Assembly (NCBI GenBank): GCA_020184695.1
Contig: JAANOX010000280.1
Span: 682,001 to 746,000 of the forward strand
Length of the DNA stretch: 64,000 nucleotides
Direction of reading: 5' to 3'
Origin: Histomonas meleagridis 2922-C6/04-290x
Lineage: Eukaryota > Protista > Parabasalia
This document shows, one piece after another, positions 36,982 through 47,235 of the stretch. The notes beneath the pieces were generated by a model. It did no database searches and was not told the origin of the DNA. It was given only the letters and a program-made list of their open reading frames with translations. Position 1 is the stretch's first letter. Each line of letters begins with the position of its first letter. Position numbers and translations under genes: made by a program.

Positions 36982-39870
36982 ATGTTCAGCCTTCTCTTAC
37001 TATATCTTATCAGTGCCGAGGATTCTGATACCGATAAAATCCAACTTAATGTTACTTTCGATGGAACACGTGCGATATTAAACTGGACTGGTTTCCATCA
37101 AACTCAAAACGTATATTATACAGTATATTCATCGATTGACAATGGAATTAATTGGCTTCCTGTAAGTTCATTTGATTATAACACAACACAAGAGGTTAAA
37201 GTTCTTAATGTTTATCCTGTTGGAAGTTCTGGAATTACTATTCCTCGAGTAACATTCTATTTTAAAGATGGTTCTACTCTTACAACAGAGAGGTCAGCTT
37301 CTTTAAAAGTTTGGATGGAAGGTGGTTATTACGATTATGAAGGACATTTTCCATTTGATGCATATGGTCTTAATCCTTATACAAAAGAACAAATCATTAA
37401 AGTCACACCGAAAACAACAGCAGAATTTGAAAAAATCATGTTAGACGAGATGCGTAATTATGATGTAATAGTTTTTGGCACATGGGATGCTAACGGACGT
37501 GAATATCTCAGTGATGAAGCAGTTGAACGTGTTAAGGAATATATTAATCTTGGCTATGGAGTTCTTATTGGACATGATGTCATAGGATCTGAATTTGGGA
37601 ATGAAGTAGGACTTGGGCGAATTGCAGATATGTTTGGAATTAAGCTTGGAACACGACAATGTCAATGGCTTCCAAAATGTTCTGATGGTACCATTGATCA
37701 ACATTGGGGTCATTGGTCACAAGAAGTTTTAGTTCAAAAGACAGGATTATTGACACAATTTCCACATACAATTAATCAAGAAAATCTTTTAACTATTCCA
37801 CTAACACATACATGTGATAATGCAGCATTTGGTGATGTTTGGATGCAATTAGGTACAACCAAAGAAGGTGATGTACCAGATAACTTTGATGTCGGAAGTT
37901 TTGAAGAAGCAGAAAACTATGCATGGGGCCTTTCGGGTTATTCAGATATCAGATATGGAAATCCACATTATTATTTGACGACATATCGTAACACAGCAAT
38001 GATTCAAACAGGTCATAGTGATGCTTCTTCAACAGAAGATGAACGAAAAGTTTTAGCGAATACTATTTATTATTTATATCAACGAACATCAAATCAATAT
38101 TCATATGATTATTCATTTGAAGATCGAACAGCACCAACTAAACCGACCATTACACAACCAGACATAAGTGAAAGAACAGTTCAACTTTCATCCGAAGATC
38201 CGAAAGATATTTATTTATATCGCGTTGAAGGACAAACATATAATGGTGATGAAAAATTTACATCAGATATTGTTTCATTTGAATATCCAACAGGAATCAA
38301 AGAATATTATTATATCATTGATAATAACGAAAACACAGAAATTACAATCGATATTGAAGGTGAATATAGCAAAACGACGACAGGAATTATTGAAGATATT
38401 ATCAATGAAGATGTACATATTCATGCAGTAGCTATTGATAACTCAGGTAAAATAAGTGAAACAGCGCATTTTTATCTTGCGAAAACACCTGATCCAACAA
38501 ATACATTTTCACAATCGAATACATATTCTCAATCAAATACTTATTCACAATCTAATACATATTCTCAATCTAATACATATTCTCAATCTAATACATATTC
38601 TCAATCTAATACATATTCACAATCTAATACATATTCTCAATCAAATACATATTCACAATCTAATACATATTCACAATCTAATACATATTCACAATCAAAT
38701 ACTTATTCACAATCTAATACATATTCTCAATCTAATACATATTCACAATCTAATACATATTCACAATCTAATACATATTCACAATCAAATACTTATTCAC
38801 AATCTAATACATATTCACAATCAAATACTTATTCACAATCAAATACATATTCTCAATCTAATACTTATTCACAATCTAATACATATTCACAATCAAATAC
38901 TTATTCACAATCAAATACTTATTCACAGAGTAATACATATTCACAATCAAATACTTATTCACAATCAAATACTTATTCACAATCAAATACTTATTCACAA
39001 TCAAATACATATTCTCAATCTAATACATATTCACAATCTAATACATATTCTCAATCTAATACATATTCACAATCTAATACATATTCACAATCAAATACTT
39101 ATTCACAATCAAATACTTATTCACAATCAAATACATATTCTCAATCTAATACTTATTCACAATCTAATACTTATTCACAATCTAATACTTATTCACAATC
39201 AAATACTTATTCACAATCAAATACTTATTCTCAATCAAATACTTATTCTCAATCTAATACTTATTCACAGTCAAATACTTATTCGCAATCAAATACATAT
39301 TCACAATCTAATACATATTCTCAATCAAATACTTATTCGCAATCAAATACATATTCACAGAGTAATACATATTCACAGTCAAACACATATTCTCAATCTA
39401 ATACATATTCTCAATCAAATACATATTCACAATCGAATACTTATTCTCAATCAAATACATATTCACAAAGTAATACATATACACAATCGAATACATATTC
39501 TCAATCTAACACATATTCGCAAAGTAAAACATATTCACAGTCAAACACATTTAGCCAATCAAATACACTTAAATCGTATAGAACACTCATTGATTATTCT
39601 GAAGGTATTGAAGATGTAAACAAGACAACTCTATACGGAATTGTTGGCGGTGTCGTTGGCGCTATTGTAATTGCGATTATTATCATAGTTTTGTTCTTCG
39701 TATTGAAGCCCAAGAACAAAACAGATACAGTGCCAGAAGAAAATGCAGAAAATGTTGAACAAAATGACTCAACAATTGTATTCGATAATCCGCTCTATAA
39801 TAACAATGAGGATGATCCATTTGCAACTGAATTTAATGACGAAGATCCTCAAGAAGAAATAGTTGTATAA
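36982..39870 (+). CDS. Type I membrane surface protein: signal peptide, bacterial-like N-terminal domain, (SQSNTY)n stalk, TM, and an acidic tail with FDNPLY/DDPF
   Basis: 962-aa ORF; MFSLLLLYLISA signal; TM GIVGGVVGAIVIAIIIIVLFFVL. Confidence 0.93.
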   Translation: MFSLLLLYLISAEDSDTDKIQLNVTFDGTRAILNWTGFHQTQNVYYTVYSSIDNGINWLPVSSFDYNTTQEVKVLNVYPVGSSGITIPRVTFYFKDGSTLTTERSASLKVWMEGGYYDYEGHFPFDAYGLNPYTKEQIIKVTPKTTAEFEKIMLDEMRNYDVIVFGTWDANGREYLSDEAVERVKEYINLGYGVLIGHDVIGSEFGNEVGLGRIADMFGIKLGTRQCQWLPKCSDGTIDQHWGHWSQEVLVQKTGLLTQFPHTINQENLLTIPLTHTCDNAAFGDVWMQLGTTKEGDVPDNFDVGSFEEAENYAWGLSGYSDIRYGNPHYYLTTYRNTAMIQTGHSDASSTEDERKVLANTIYYLYQRTSNQYSYDYSFEDRTAPTKPTITQPDISERTVQLSSEDPKDIYLYRVEGQTYNGDEKFTSDIVSFEYPTGIKEYYYIIDNNENTEITIDIEGEYSKTTTGIIEDIINEDVHIHAVAIDNSGKISETAHFYLAKTPDPTNTFSQSNTYSQSNTYSQSNTYSQSNTYSQSNTYSQSNTYSQSNTYSQSNTYSQSNTYSQSNTYSQSNTYSQSNTYSQSNTYSQSNTYSQSNTYSQSNTYSQSNTYSQSNTYSQSNTYSQSNTYSQSNTYSQSNTYSQSNTYSQSNTYSQSNTYSQSNTYSQSNTYSQSNTYSQSNTYSQSNTYSQSNTYSQSNTYSQSNTYSQSNTYSQSNTYSQSNTYSQSNTYSQSNTYSQSNTYSQSNTYSQSNTYSQSNTYSQSNTYSQSNTYSQSNTYSQSNTYSQSNTYSQSNTYSQSNTYSQSNTYSQSNTYSQSNTYSQSNTYSQSNTYTQSNTYSQSNTYSQSKTYSQSNTFSQSNTLKSYRTLIDYSEGIEDVNKTTLYGIVGGVVGAIVIAIIIIVLFFVLKPKNKTDTVPEENAENVEQNDSTIVFDNPLYNNNEDDPFATEFNDEDPQEEIVV
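38509..39570 (+). repeat. Coding 18-bp tandem repeat, 59 units encoding SQSNTY (55 perfect)
   Basis: 1062 bp / 18; the only variants (TQSNTY, SQSKTY, SQSNTF, SQSNTL) are among the last five units. Confidence 0.97.
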
Positions 39871-40121
39871 AGAGACATACGGTTTCAAGCACTCCAGGAA
39901 TTACCTGGAAATTTACATGAATTTTAAATAAAGAATTTACGAGTTATGTTTTGTTCTAAATTTGTATAAATATTAATACCGATAGATGAATTCAATGATC
40001 AGGAAACTGTTATTCACAGAAAAAACTATCGTTATGTTGAAATTTATATCGTTTTCAAGGGTGTGACACTTTGCGGATAACAGCACACTGAAATAAACGG
40101 TTTGACGCATATCGTTAAAAT

Positions 40122-40521
40122 ATGGCTGATTCTACAGGAAAAGTAACAATTCAGGTGAAAAACGAACACCTTGCAACAAACCTAAAGGCCGTCCTTGTAA
40201 ACGCTTTATCAACTGCTGTCCTTTCATCGTTAATGGAGGAAGCATCATGCAAAGCAGTAGAGATTGCATGCCTTATTAGTGGACAAACATCAATAAGTGC
40301 AAAAATGAATTTGTTTTATCAAAGACCCTTCAAGGTTAGGCTCTAATGTTTCTGTTATATCAAGAATTGTTGATATTGATAAAGATGGTATTCATTTTGA
40401 AATTGAAGCATCGGACGAAAAAGGACTTGTGGGAACAGCAAAACATACAAGGGTGTTTGTTGATAAAGATGATTTCGAAAAGCGTTGCTACGAAACTGCA
40501 AGACTCGCTCGCCAAATTTAG
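40122..40521 (+). CDS. FlK-like hot-dog-fold thioesterase with a 1-nt frameshift at ~40336 (error or pseudogene)
   Basis: STAVLSSLMEEA (T..E spacing of FlK). The continuation frame reads VGSNVSVISRIVDIDKDGIHFEIEASDEKGLVGTAKHTRVFVDKDDFEKR. Confidence 0.72.
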
Positions 40522-40592
40522 GTATTGTTTAGAATTGGTTCTTTGTCTTTATAAATCGCGTTTTGCTAAAAACATTTATTGAGTTTATTACC

Positions 40593-41081
40593 TTAATGAC
40601 GACTATTGTGTGGACGATATCGATCGTTTTGGTCAGGAGCAATACTTCGCCTTGGAATGTCCCTTCTCCGATAAGGGTCATCATATCCAATTGGTCTATT
40701 TGCGCTTTGATATCTCTTTCGATCATGATCATCAATCTGACTACGATAGTGTGAAGATGAATAACGTTGTGGAGGTGTTTCTGGTGGGGTGCTTTTCTTT
40801 GGTTGCTGCTGTTCTGGCTTTGGTGTACTTTTCTTTTCTAATTGAATATGTAAGCGACGTCCATCAAATTCTTCTTCAGTTAATATTTTCATTGCAGCAT
40901 TTGCTTTTTCTTCTGATGAATATATGGCATATCCAAAACCTTTTGATAATCCATCTTTATTCATAAACAAATTGGCTTCGATTATATCACCTGTTTTTTG
41001 ACACATTATATTAAATTGTTCAGGGTCTGTAAAATAACTTATGTTATATATGTGGAGAATAAAAGAGTCATTTGTTGCCAT
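40593..41081 (-). CDS. RRM protein with an R/D/P-rich tail
   Basis: LHIYNI, SKGFGYAIY, DGRRLHI. Confidence 0.88.
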   Translation of the reverse strand: MATNDSFILHIYNISYFTDPEQFNIMCQKTGDIIEANLFMNKDGLSKGFGYAIYSSEEKANAAMKILTEEEFDGRRLHIQLEKKSTPKPEQQQPKKSTPPETPPQRYSSSHYRSQIDDHDRKRYQSANRPIGYDDPYRRRDIPRRSIAPDQNDRYRPHNSRH

Positions 41082-41546
41082 TTATATAGATAACGTTTAG
41101 ACTTGGTCAAATAACCGTTTTGATTTTTAGAGAAATCACATAAAAATATGGTCAAAAAATAAACATTTCCTTCTTTATTATTATATATCTTGCAATTGAA
41201 TTTAATAAAATTGCTATATATTTATGAAGAAACAATATACATAATATAATTTAATAAAGCTTAAAATTTAAAATTCGTGTCATCTCCAATATTGTATTTG
41301 AATAATTATTGGTGTTTCATTTCGTTAAGCTTAAAGATTTTATTTGAAAAAATAGATTACTTAATTAAATCTATGAAAGTTTAGGATCAATTCATCGCCC
41401 ATGTGATTTCATCTAATAATATTATGCATATCAATGAATGTAGTACTAAATTAACATAGGGGAAATTTTTATACAATTTCATTTTGATGAAGATTTTTTA
41501 CCTAATTCATTCAATAAAAGGAAACTTAAATTCCCACATCCATATA

Positions 41547-42870
41547 CAAATTCTTATATTTCATTCCATATTTTATCTTCGCTCACAGCACATATAACAT
41601 AAATCAAATTCTTATATTTCATTCCACATTTTATCTTCGCTCACAGCACATATAACATAAATCAAATTCTTATATTTCATTCCACATTTTATCTTCGCTC
41701 ACAGCACATATAACATAAATCAAATTCTTATATTTCATTCCATATTTTATCTTCACTCACACCACATATAACATAAATCAAATTCTTATATTTCATTCCA
41801 CATTTTATCTTCACTCACAGCACATATAACATAAATCAAATTCTTATATTTCATTCCATATTTTATCTTCACTCACAGCACATATAACATAAATCAAATT
41901 CTTATATTTCATTCCATATTTTATCTTCACTCACACCACATATAACATAAATCAAATTCTTATATTTCATTCCACATTTTATCTTCGCTCACACCACATA
42001 TAACATAAATCAAATTCTTATATTTCATTCCATATTTTATCTTCACTCACAGCACATATAACATAAATCAAATTCTTATATTTCATTCCATATTTTATCT
42101 TCACTCACACCACATATAACATAAATCAAATTCTTATATTTCATTCCATATTTTATCTTCACTCACACCACATATAACATAAATCAAATTCTTATATTTC
42201 ATTCCACATTTTATCTTCACTCACAGCACATATAACATAAATCAAATTCTTATATTTCATTCCACATTTTATCTTCGCTCACAGCACATATAACATAAAT
42301 CAAATTCTTATATTTCATTCCACATTTTATCTTCACTCACAGCACATATAACATAAATCAAATTCTTATATTTCATTCCACATTTTATCTTCACTCACAG
42401 CACATATAACATAAATCAAATTCTTATATTTCATTCCATATTTTATCTTCACTCACACCACATATAACATAAATCAAATTCTTATATTTCATTCCATATT
42501 TTATCTTCACTCACACCACATATAACATAAATCAAATTCTTATATTTCATTCCATATTTTATCTTCACTCACAGCACATATAACATAAATCAAATTCTTA
42601 TATTTCATTCCACATTTTATCTTCGCTCACAGCACATATAACATAAATCAAATTCTTATATTTCATTCCACATTTTATCTTCACTCACACCACATATAAC
42701 ATAAATCAAATTCTTATATTTCATTCCACATTTTATCTTCGCTCACACCACATATAACATAAATCAAATTCTTATATTTCATTCCATATTTTATCTTCAC
42801 TCACACCACATATAACATAAATCAAATTCTTATATTTCATTCCACATTTTATCTTCGCTCACATATAACA
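41547..42870. repeat. 58-bp minisatellite, ~23 copies
   Basis: Unit CAAATTCTTATATTTCATTCCA[C/T]ATTTTATCTTC[G/A]CTCACA[G/C]CACATATAACATAAAT; exact 58-bp period (41547, 41605, ...). Confidence 0.98.
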
Positions 42871-42922
42871 CAACTCAATTCCATTACTTCACGGTATCAA
42901 ATCACGCTTTATTATTTCATCG

Positions 42923-44974
42923 TTAGAGAAGTTGCATTTTCTCCAGCGAATCGAGTGTGTCGAGCATCTCCTTAAACATTGAGTCCCAGTTGTGGCTCAC
43001 TGCTCTTCTTGCTGAGAACGCCGCCTGCTTCTTTGCGGTGCGCTTGCTCTTGTCGGACAGCTCGGGCATGTACGTGTCCATCTTGGACAGGTTATATTCG
43101 ATGGAGTTCACCAAGTAGTTAGCGCCGAAGACGTGCGCGTTCTCATTGACCCAATTGGAGATGTCAAAAAGTGCCGATCGCGCTTTACGACATCGAATCT
43201 CGCCTTCAGCTGAAGATGACATCTTCTTGTTGAAGATGAGATTGATTTCATCGCGGAGCTGTTTGAGTTTTTGGTTCTTGGAACGTTTATGGAGATGAAG
43301 ATGATATGCTAATCGTTTGTTCTCGTCAACGGCATTCATATGTTTCTCAACAAGCTCGTCAACGTTCTCTTGCGATTTCTTGTGTGCGACTTCTTTAAGT
43401 GCAAATTTGTTAAATTTGATTTTGGTCTCAATGAACTTGTTGGTGATCTCAAGCTCTTTCTTCTCGGTTTCTGTGTACTCTTCAACACTGTGTTCAACTT
43501 GCTTTGTAAGCGCAACTAATGAATTGATATATTTAACAACTTTGCTTTTCGCTTGTTGAAGTTGTGCAGTAAGGTTAGCAATCTCTTCTTCTTGCTCAGC
43601 TATCTTTTTGGATAATTCTTGAGACTCTTTGATTAATACAGATTTTGGTTCATTTGAAAGATTTGGCTCTTTAAGATAATTAATTTGATACTGGTTGAAT
43701 TGGTTAATGGTCTCAGTGCTGGCCTTAGCAGTCTTCTCATATATTGCTCTCTCTTTTTTGCGCGATTGGTGTTGCTCCGAAAGTGATTTGACAACTTCAT
43801 CGACGGTTTTGTCGACTTTTTCAGTTGGCAGTTTTCGCGTTTGAATTTTCTTGCTTTCGATTTGCTGCTGGAGGTTGTGCTCGTGTAACGCGAGGCCTAA
43901 AAGGAGCTTCTCCATTTTGATTGTTTGTAGGGCTTTCTGACCTATTTGAAGTTCATTGAATTTGGTAATGGTGATCTTATTTCGAAGATTAGCAAGAGAT
44001 TTTTCATGTAATGAAAGTGCTGATTCACAGATGCCTATCTGCTCTTCATCGTCAAACACATAAAGATCTGATTGAATGTTGGCGGATAAAAGTCGATCTT
44101 TGAAATAATTGATATCACGATAATAGACACGAATGAGTTTGGTAAGATTGTAATCAAATAGCATGAAGCCATCCGGATTGGGGAATACAAAACGTACGTC
44201 AGAGAGATAACTGCTGAAATCAACTTTGAGCCATATTAGATAATTCATTTCAAAGATCCATGTTTCACTATTAGCATAGTTTTTGGTGACAATGAGCATT
44301 CCTTCGCTGTAACTGACTTTGTGTAGATTGGTTGGTATAAATGGAACATAACTATTAATTTCTTTGACTTCGTTTGTGGCAACATCTATAATGTACAGAG
44401 TCATGTTTGGCTCTCCATTAGAGTTATTACCACCAATGATACAAACTTTTGTTCCTTCTAAATAGACTATTGAATGTTTGGCAAGTTGGATTGGATTTTG
44501 GAGTTCGATTTGTTTAAGCTCTAACGTTCGAATGTTAAAGAGATACATGTCATTTAGAACATTTCTATTAGAATATCCACCTGATATTAGTAATGAGGTT
44601 ATTGTTGGGATAAAGACGGCTGCATGATACTTCCTTGGTGGGATTGTGTTGAGTAATGGAGACCATATATCATCTTTAATGATCCACATTTCGTTTGATA
44701 AATCTTCTCCTGTACTTTTTCCTCCGAAAAAAGCAAATCCGTTTTCATCTACTGGCGTGCAGGACTGGCCTCTCCTGAGTGCAAATGGTGCTGATTTTAA
44801 GCTGTTCCAAGAAAGATCCTTTCTATCTTTTTCATAAGAAAAGGATGAAAAAACAAATGGAATGCAAAGATATGAATTCCCGCTACGATAGAGGTCTACT
44901 GCAGATATGAATGGCTTGAATGGAGAAAAGTTGCACTCTAAGACGGGATCAGTTGAGTCAAACAAGTTTTCCAT
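42923..44974 (-). CDS. Kelch-repeat plus coiled-coil protein
   Basis: FFGGK, ISGGY, IIGGN kelch motifs followed by a long heptad region. Confidence 0.85.
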   Translation of the reverse strand: MENLFDSTDPVLECNFSPFKPFISAVDLYRSGNSYLCIPFVFSSFSYEKDRKDLSWNSLKSAPFALRRGQSCTPVDENGFAFFGGKSTGEDLSNEMWIIKDDIWSPLLNTIPPRKYHAAVFIPTITSLLISGGYSNRNVLNDMYLFNIRTLELKQIELQNPIQLAKHSIVYLEGTKVCIIGGNNSNGEPNMTLYIIDVATNEVKEINSYVPFIPTNLHKVSYSEGMLIVTKNYANSETWIFEMNYLIWLKVDFSSYLSDVRFVFPNPDGFMLFDYNLTKLIRVYYRDINYFKDRLLSANIQSDLYVFDDEEQIGICESALSLHEKSLANLRNKITITKFNELQIGQKALQTIKMEKLLLGLALHEHNLQQQIESKKIQTRKLPTEKVDKTVDEVVKSLSEQHQSRKKERAIYEKTAKASTETINQFNQYQINYLKEPNLSNEPKSVLIKESQELSKKIAEQEEEIANLTAQLQQAKSKVVKYINSLVALTKQVEHSVEEYTETEKKELEITNKFIETKIKFNKFALKEVAHKKSQENVDELVEKHMNAVDENKRLAYHLHLHKRSKNQKLKQLRDEINLIFNKKMSSSAEGEIRCRKARSALFDISNWVNENAHVFGANYLVNSIEYNLSKMDTYMPELSDKSKRTAKKQAAFSARRAVSHNWDSMFKEMLDTLDSLEKMQLL

Positions 44975-45280
44975 TTTGAGTAAAACGGTTTTTATTAATT
45001 ATTTTCAATTAACGATCGATAAAAAAATTCACATCACGAAAAAAATTTGTTTCTGGTCTTTTCAAACTTTTGCATCATTTATTGTGAAATGATAAAATAT
45101 ATGAGATGCCAAGCATATTAGCTAATAAAATTTTCACATTCTAAAAATAATTTTCGAAATCAAACAAATGATTTCTAAATTTTAAACAAATATAATTATA
45201 TAATTTACTTGTTATTTCGAAGAGTTTTTTCAAAAAATTAAAATAGAAGAAATCAATTGTGTTTATTAAAAAATTAGATC

Positions 45281-45991
45281 TCATGAATATAGGTTGTTCA
45301 TAAATGACTTGTGATCTTCAGCAATACGATTTGCTGCAAACGAAATTGAACTTATGTCTGATTGAATATATTTTGTCAAATATGTAGCCCATATTCCCAT
45401 AGACTCTTTTGATGCACCTGTATCCTCTTCGACCATTTGAAGTATTTTACATGGGATAGTTTTGACGTTTGCATATGTAATTATTCCAGCACTCAATCCA
45501 CTGATTATGTTTGGTTGCGGTAATTTTGGTCCTTCATCAGAAGAAGAAAGAATGTACATTGATGGAGCTTTGGTGTCGCCCATGAAGTAAGATTGGTGAA
45601 CTGAATCCAATACTATGATTTCTTGTATTTTCAAAGTGTCGAAAAATGATTTAATGATTTCATTGTAACATCCATCAGTATGAACAAAATTCACAATGCA
45701 AACATCATCTTTTGTATAAACATGGTTACTAAATTTTTGTAAAAATGTGAAATCTGATTCGCCCCCATTTGCATATTTTGTTGGCTCTTCAATACGATAT
45801 ATAGAAACATCGAAAGAACCAATTTGTTTCAAATTCTTTGCTAAAGATCCTATGAAATAACTTGATGATTTTGATGAACTGCAAATGCAAATTTTGGAAT
45901 TTATGTCACTCCCTTTATATTCTACTGAATATTTGAACTGATCAAGCTCAGAAAGAGCAGAAGAATCCCATATTGCTTTGTTCTCTTCCAT
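45281..45991 (-). CDS. PSMG1: Proteasome assembly chaperone 1-like
   Basis: IIVLDS...PKLPQPNIISGLSAGIITYA..KTIPC resembles the PAC1 C-terminal motif LEQPNIV...AAVLSY...IP. Confidence 0.6.
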   Translation of the reverse strand: MEENKAIWDSSALSELDQFKYSVEYKGSDINSKICICSSSKSSSYFIGSLAKNLKQIGSFDVSIYRIEEPTKYANGGESDFTFLQKFSNHVYTKDDVCIVNFVHTDGCYNEIIKSFFDTLKIQEIIVLDSVHQSYFMGDTKAPSMYILSSSDEGPKLPQPNIISGLSAGIITYANVKTIPCKILQMVEEDTGASKESMGIWATYLTKYIQSDISSISFAANRIAEDHKSFMNNLYS

Positions 45992-46257
45992 TTTGTTTTA
46001 GTTGTTCAAGTCACTTTTTTATAAATTTTACCAGAAAACTGGAAGAAGAACTCCAAATCATTGTGTTGGATAAAAGAAACTTAAAATTGCACATTCTATT
46101 CATTATTTTAGAAATATGGTAAATTTAGCAAGCAATAGAAATGGACTTACTGAGGAAGAAGATGATCATAATGCATTGAACGTTTAAATGCAGATATGTC
46201 ACTTTTAAAATCAAATGGTTTATTTCTGAACAAAATCCAGTCGACTTGGACACAAAC

Positions 46258-47076
46258 TTAACTCCAATCGAATGCTTCAAACATTTCTCCAGTATCATAT
46301 CTTTCACTGTCTCTTGGCATTCCAAAGTTTAGATCGTCATTTAACATCATAGTGTCTGATTCTGTTGAAATCATTGAACTACTATTTAACATATCACTCG
46401 TCATCGGATTAGGCTCTGAGAAGGCATATCTGTTCTGCATTTGTGGGAACTGTGGCCCATCAGATGCAATATTCCATGTTAGATCGGGTGGTGCTGTTTG
46501 TTGGGGATTGAACAAATCAGGCGTAGCTGCATTACGAGGTGCGCCATATGGCATTTGTTGTGGAACATACTGCATCATTTGAGTAGGTATTTGCTGTGAT
46601 ATTCTGTGTCTTGATAACCAGGACCACCTATTTTTGACATTGTTTGACGAGCGCCCTGGAAGAAATTGTGCAATTTTAGACCATACATTACCATATAAGC
46701 GTTGCTGTTGAATTAATATTGCATCTTCATTGGGCGACCAATTATCTTTGTTTAAATTTGGGCATAGCTGATTAATCCAACGTTCACGACATTGTTTACC
46801 AGACCTTCCAGGAATTAATTGAGCAACAAGACTCCAATTGCTCATGCCATTTTGATGAATACTTTCTCTAAGCAGACGGTCCTCTTCAGGAGTCCATTTG
46901 CTCTTTTTGAATACCTTTGGAGGGGGGTTAATGGAAATTGGAGAATTGATTGCAGATTTATTATTCATATTACATTGGGGTGGGATCTCGCGTGATTCAG
47001 GTGACCCACAAGTCATGTACTGGGACATATCTCGAGGTTCATTTTCATCAATTTGTAAGTCAAGAAATTCATTCAT
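46258..47076 (-). CDS. R2R3 Myb transcription factor
   Basis: KWTPEED...NWSLVA..IPGRSGKQCRERW.NQL.P...WS..ED...WSKIAQFLPGRSSNNVKNRW. Likely ATG at 47076. Confidence 0.95.
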   Translation of the reverse strand: MNEFLDLQIDENEPRDMSQYMTCGSPESREIPPQCNMNNKSAINSPISINPPPKVFKKSKWTPEEDRLLRESIHQNGMSNWSLVAQLIPGRSGKQCRERWINQLCPNLNKDNWSPNEDAILIQQQRLYGNVWSKIAQFLPGRSSNNVKNRWSWLSRHRISQQIPTQMMQYVPQQMPYGAPRNAATPDLFNPQQTAPPDLTWNIASDGPQFPQMQNRYAFSEPNPMTSDMLNSSSMISTESDTMMLNDDLNFGMPRDSERYDTGEMFEAFDWS

Positions 47077-47235
47077 TTGGAACAATGCTGTTGTATTTGT
47101 CAAAACCGTATTTTTCAGATAAAATTTCCGTTTTCCCACCAAAATAACCTTTTGTTAATATTTTTATCGTAAAGCAATTTTTTCACATATTTCTTTTATG
47201 AAAATGATTACTTTTTTTAAGATAGTTGAACTTCA

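Noticed and set aside
38456-39619. 387-aa His/Ile-rich ORF (HNLIHI repeats)
   Set aside because: It is an off-frame shadow of the SQSNTY repeat. Variation is synonymous only in the SQSNTY frame.
41547-42870. CRISPR array
   Set aside because: Units are contiguous 58-mers with no unique spacers, there are no cas genes, and the context is eukaryotic.
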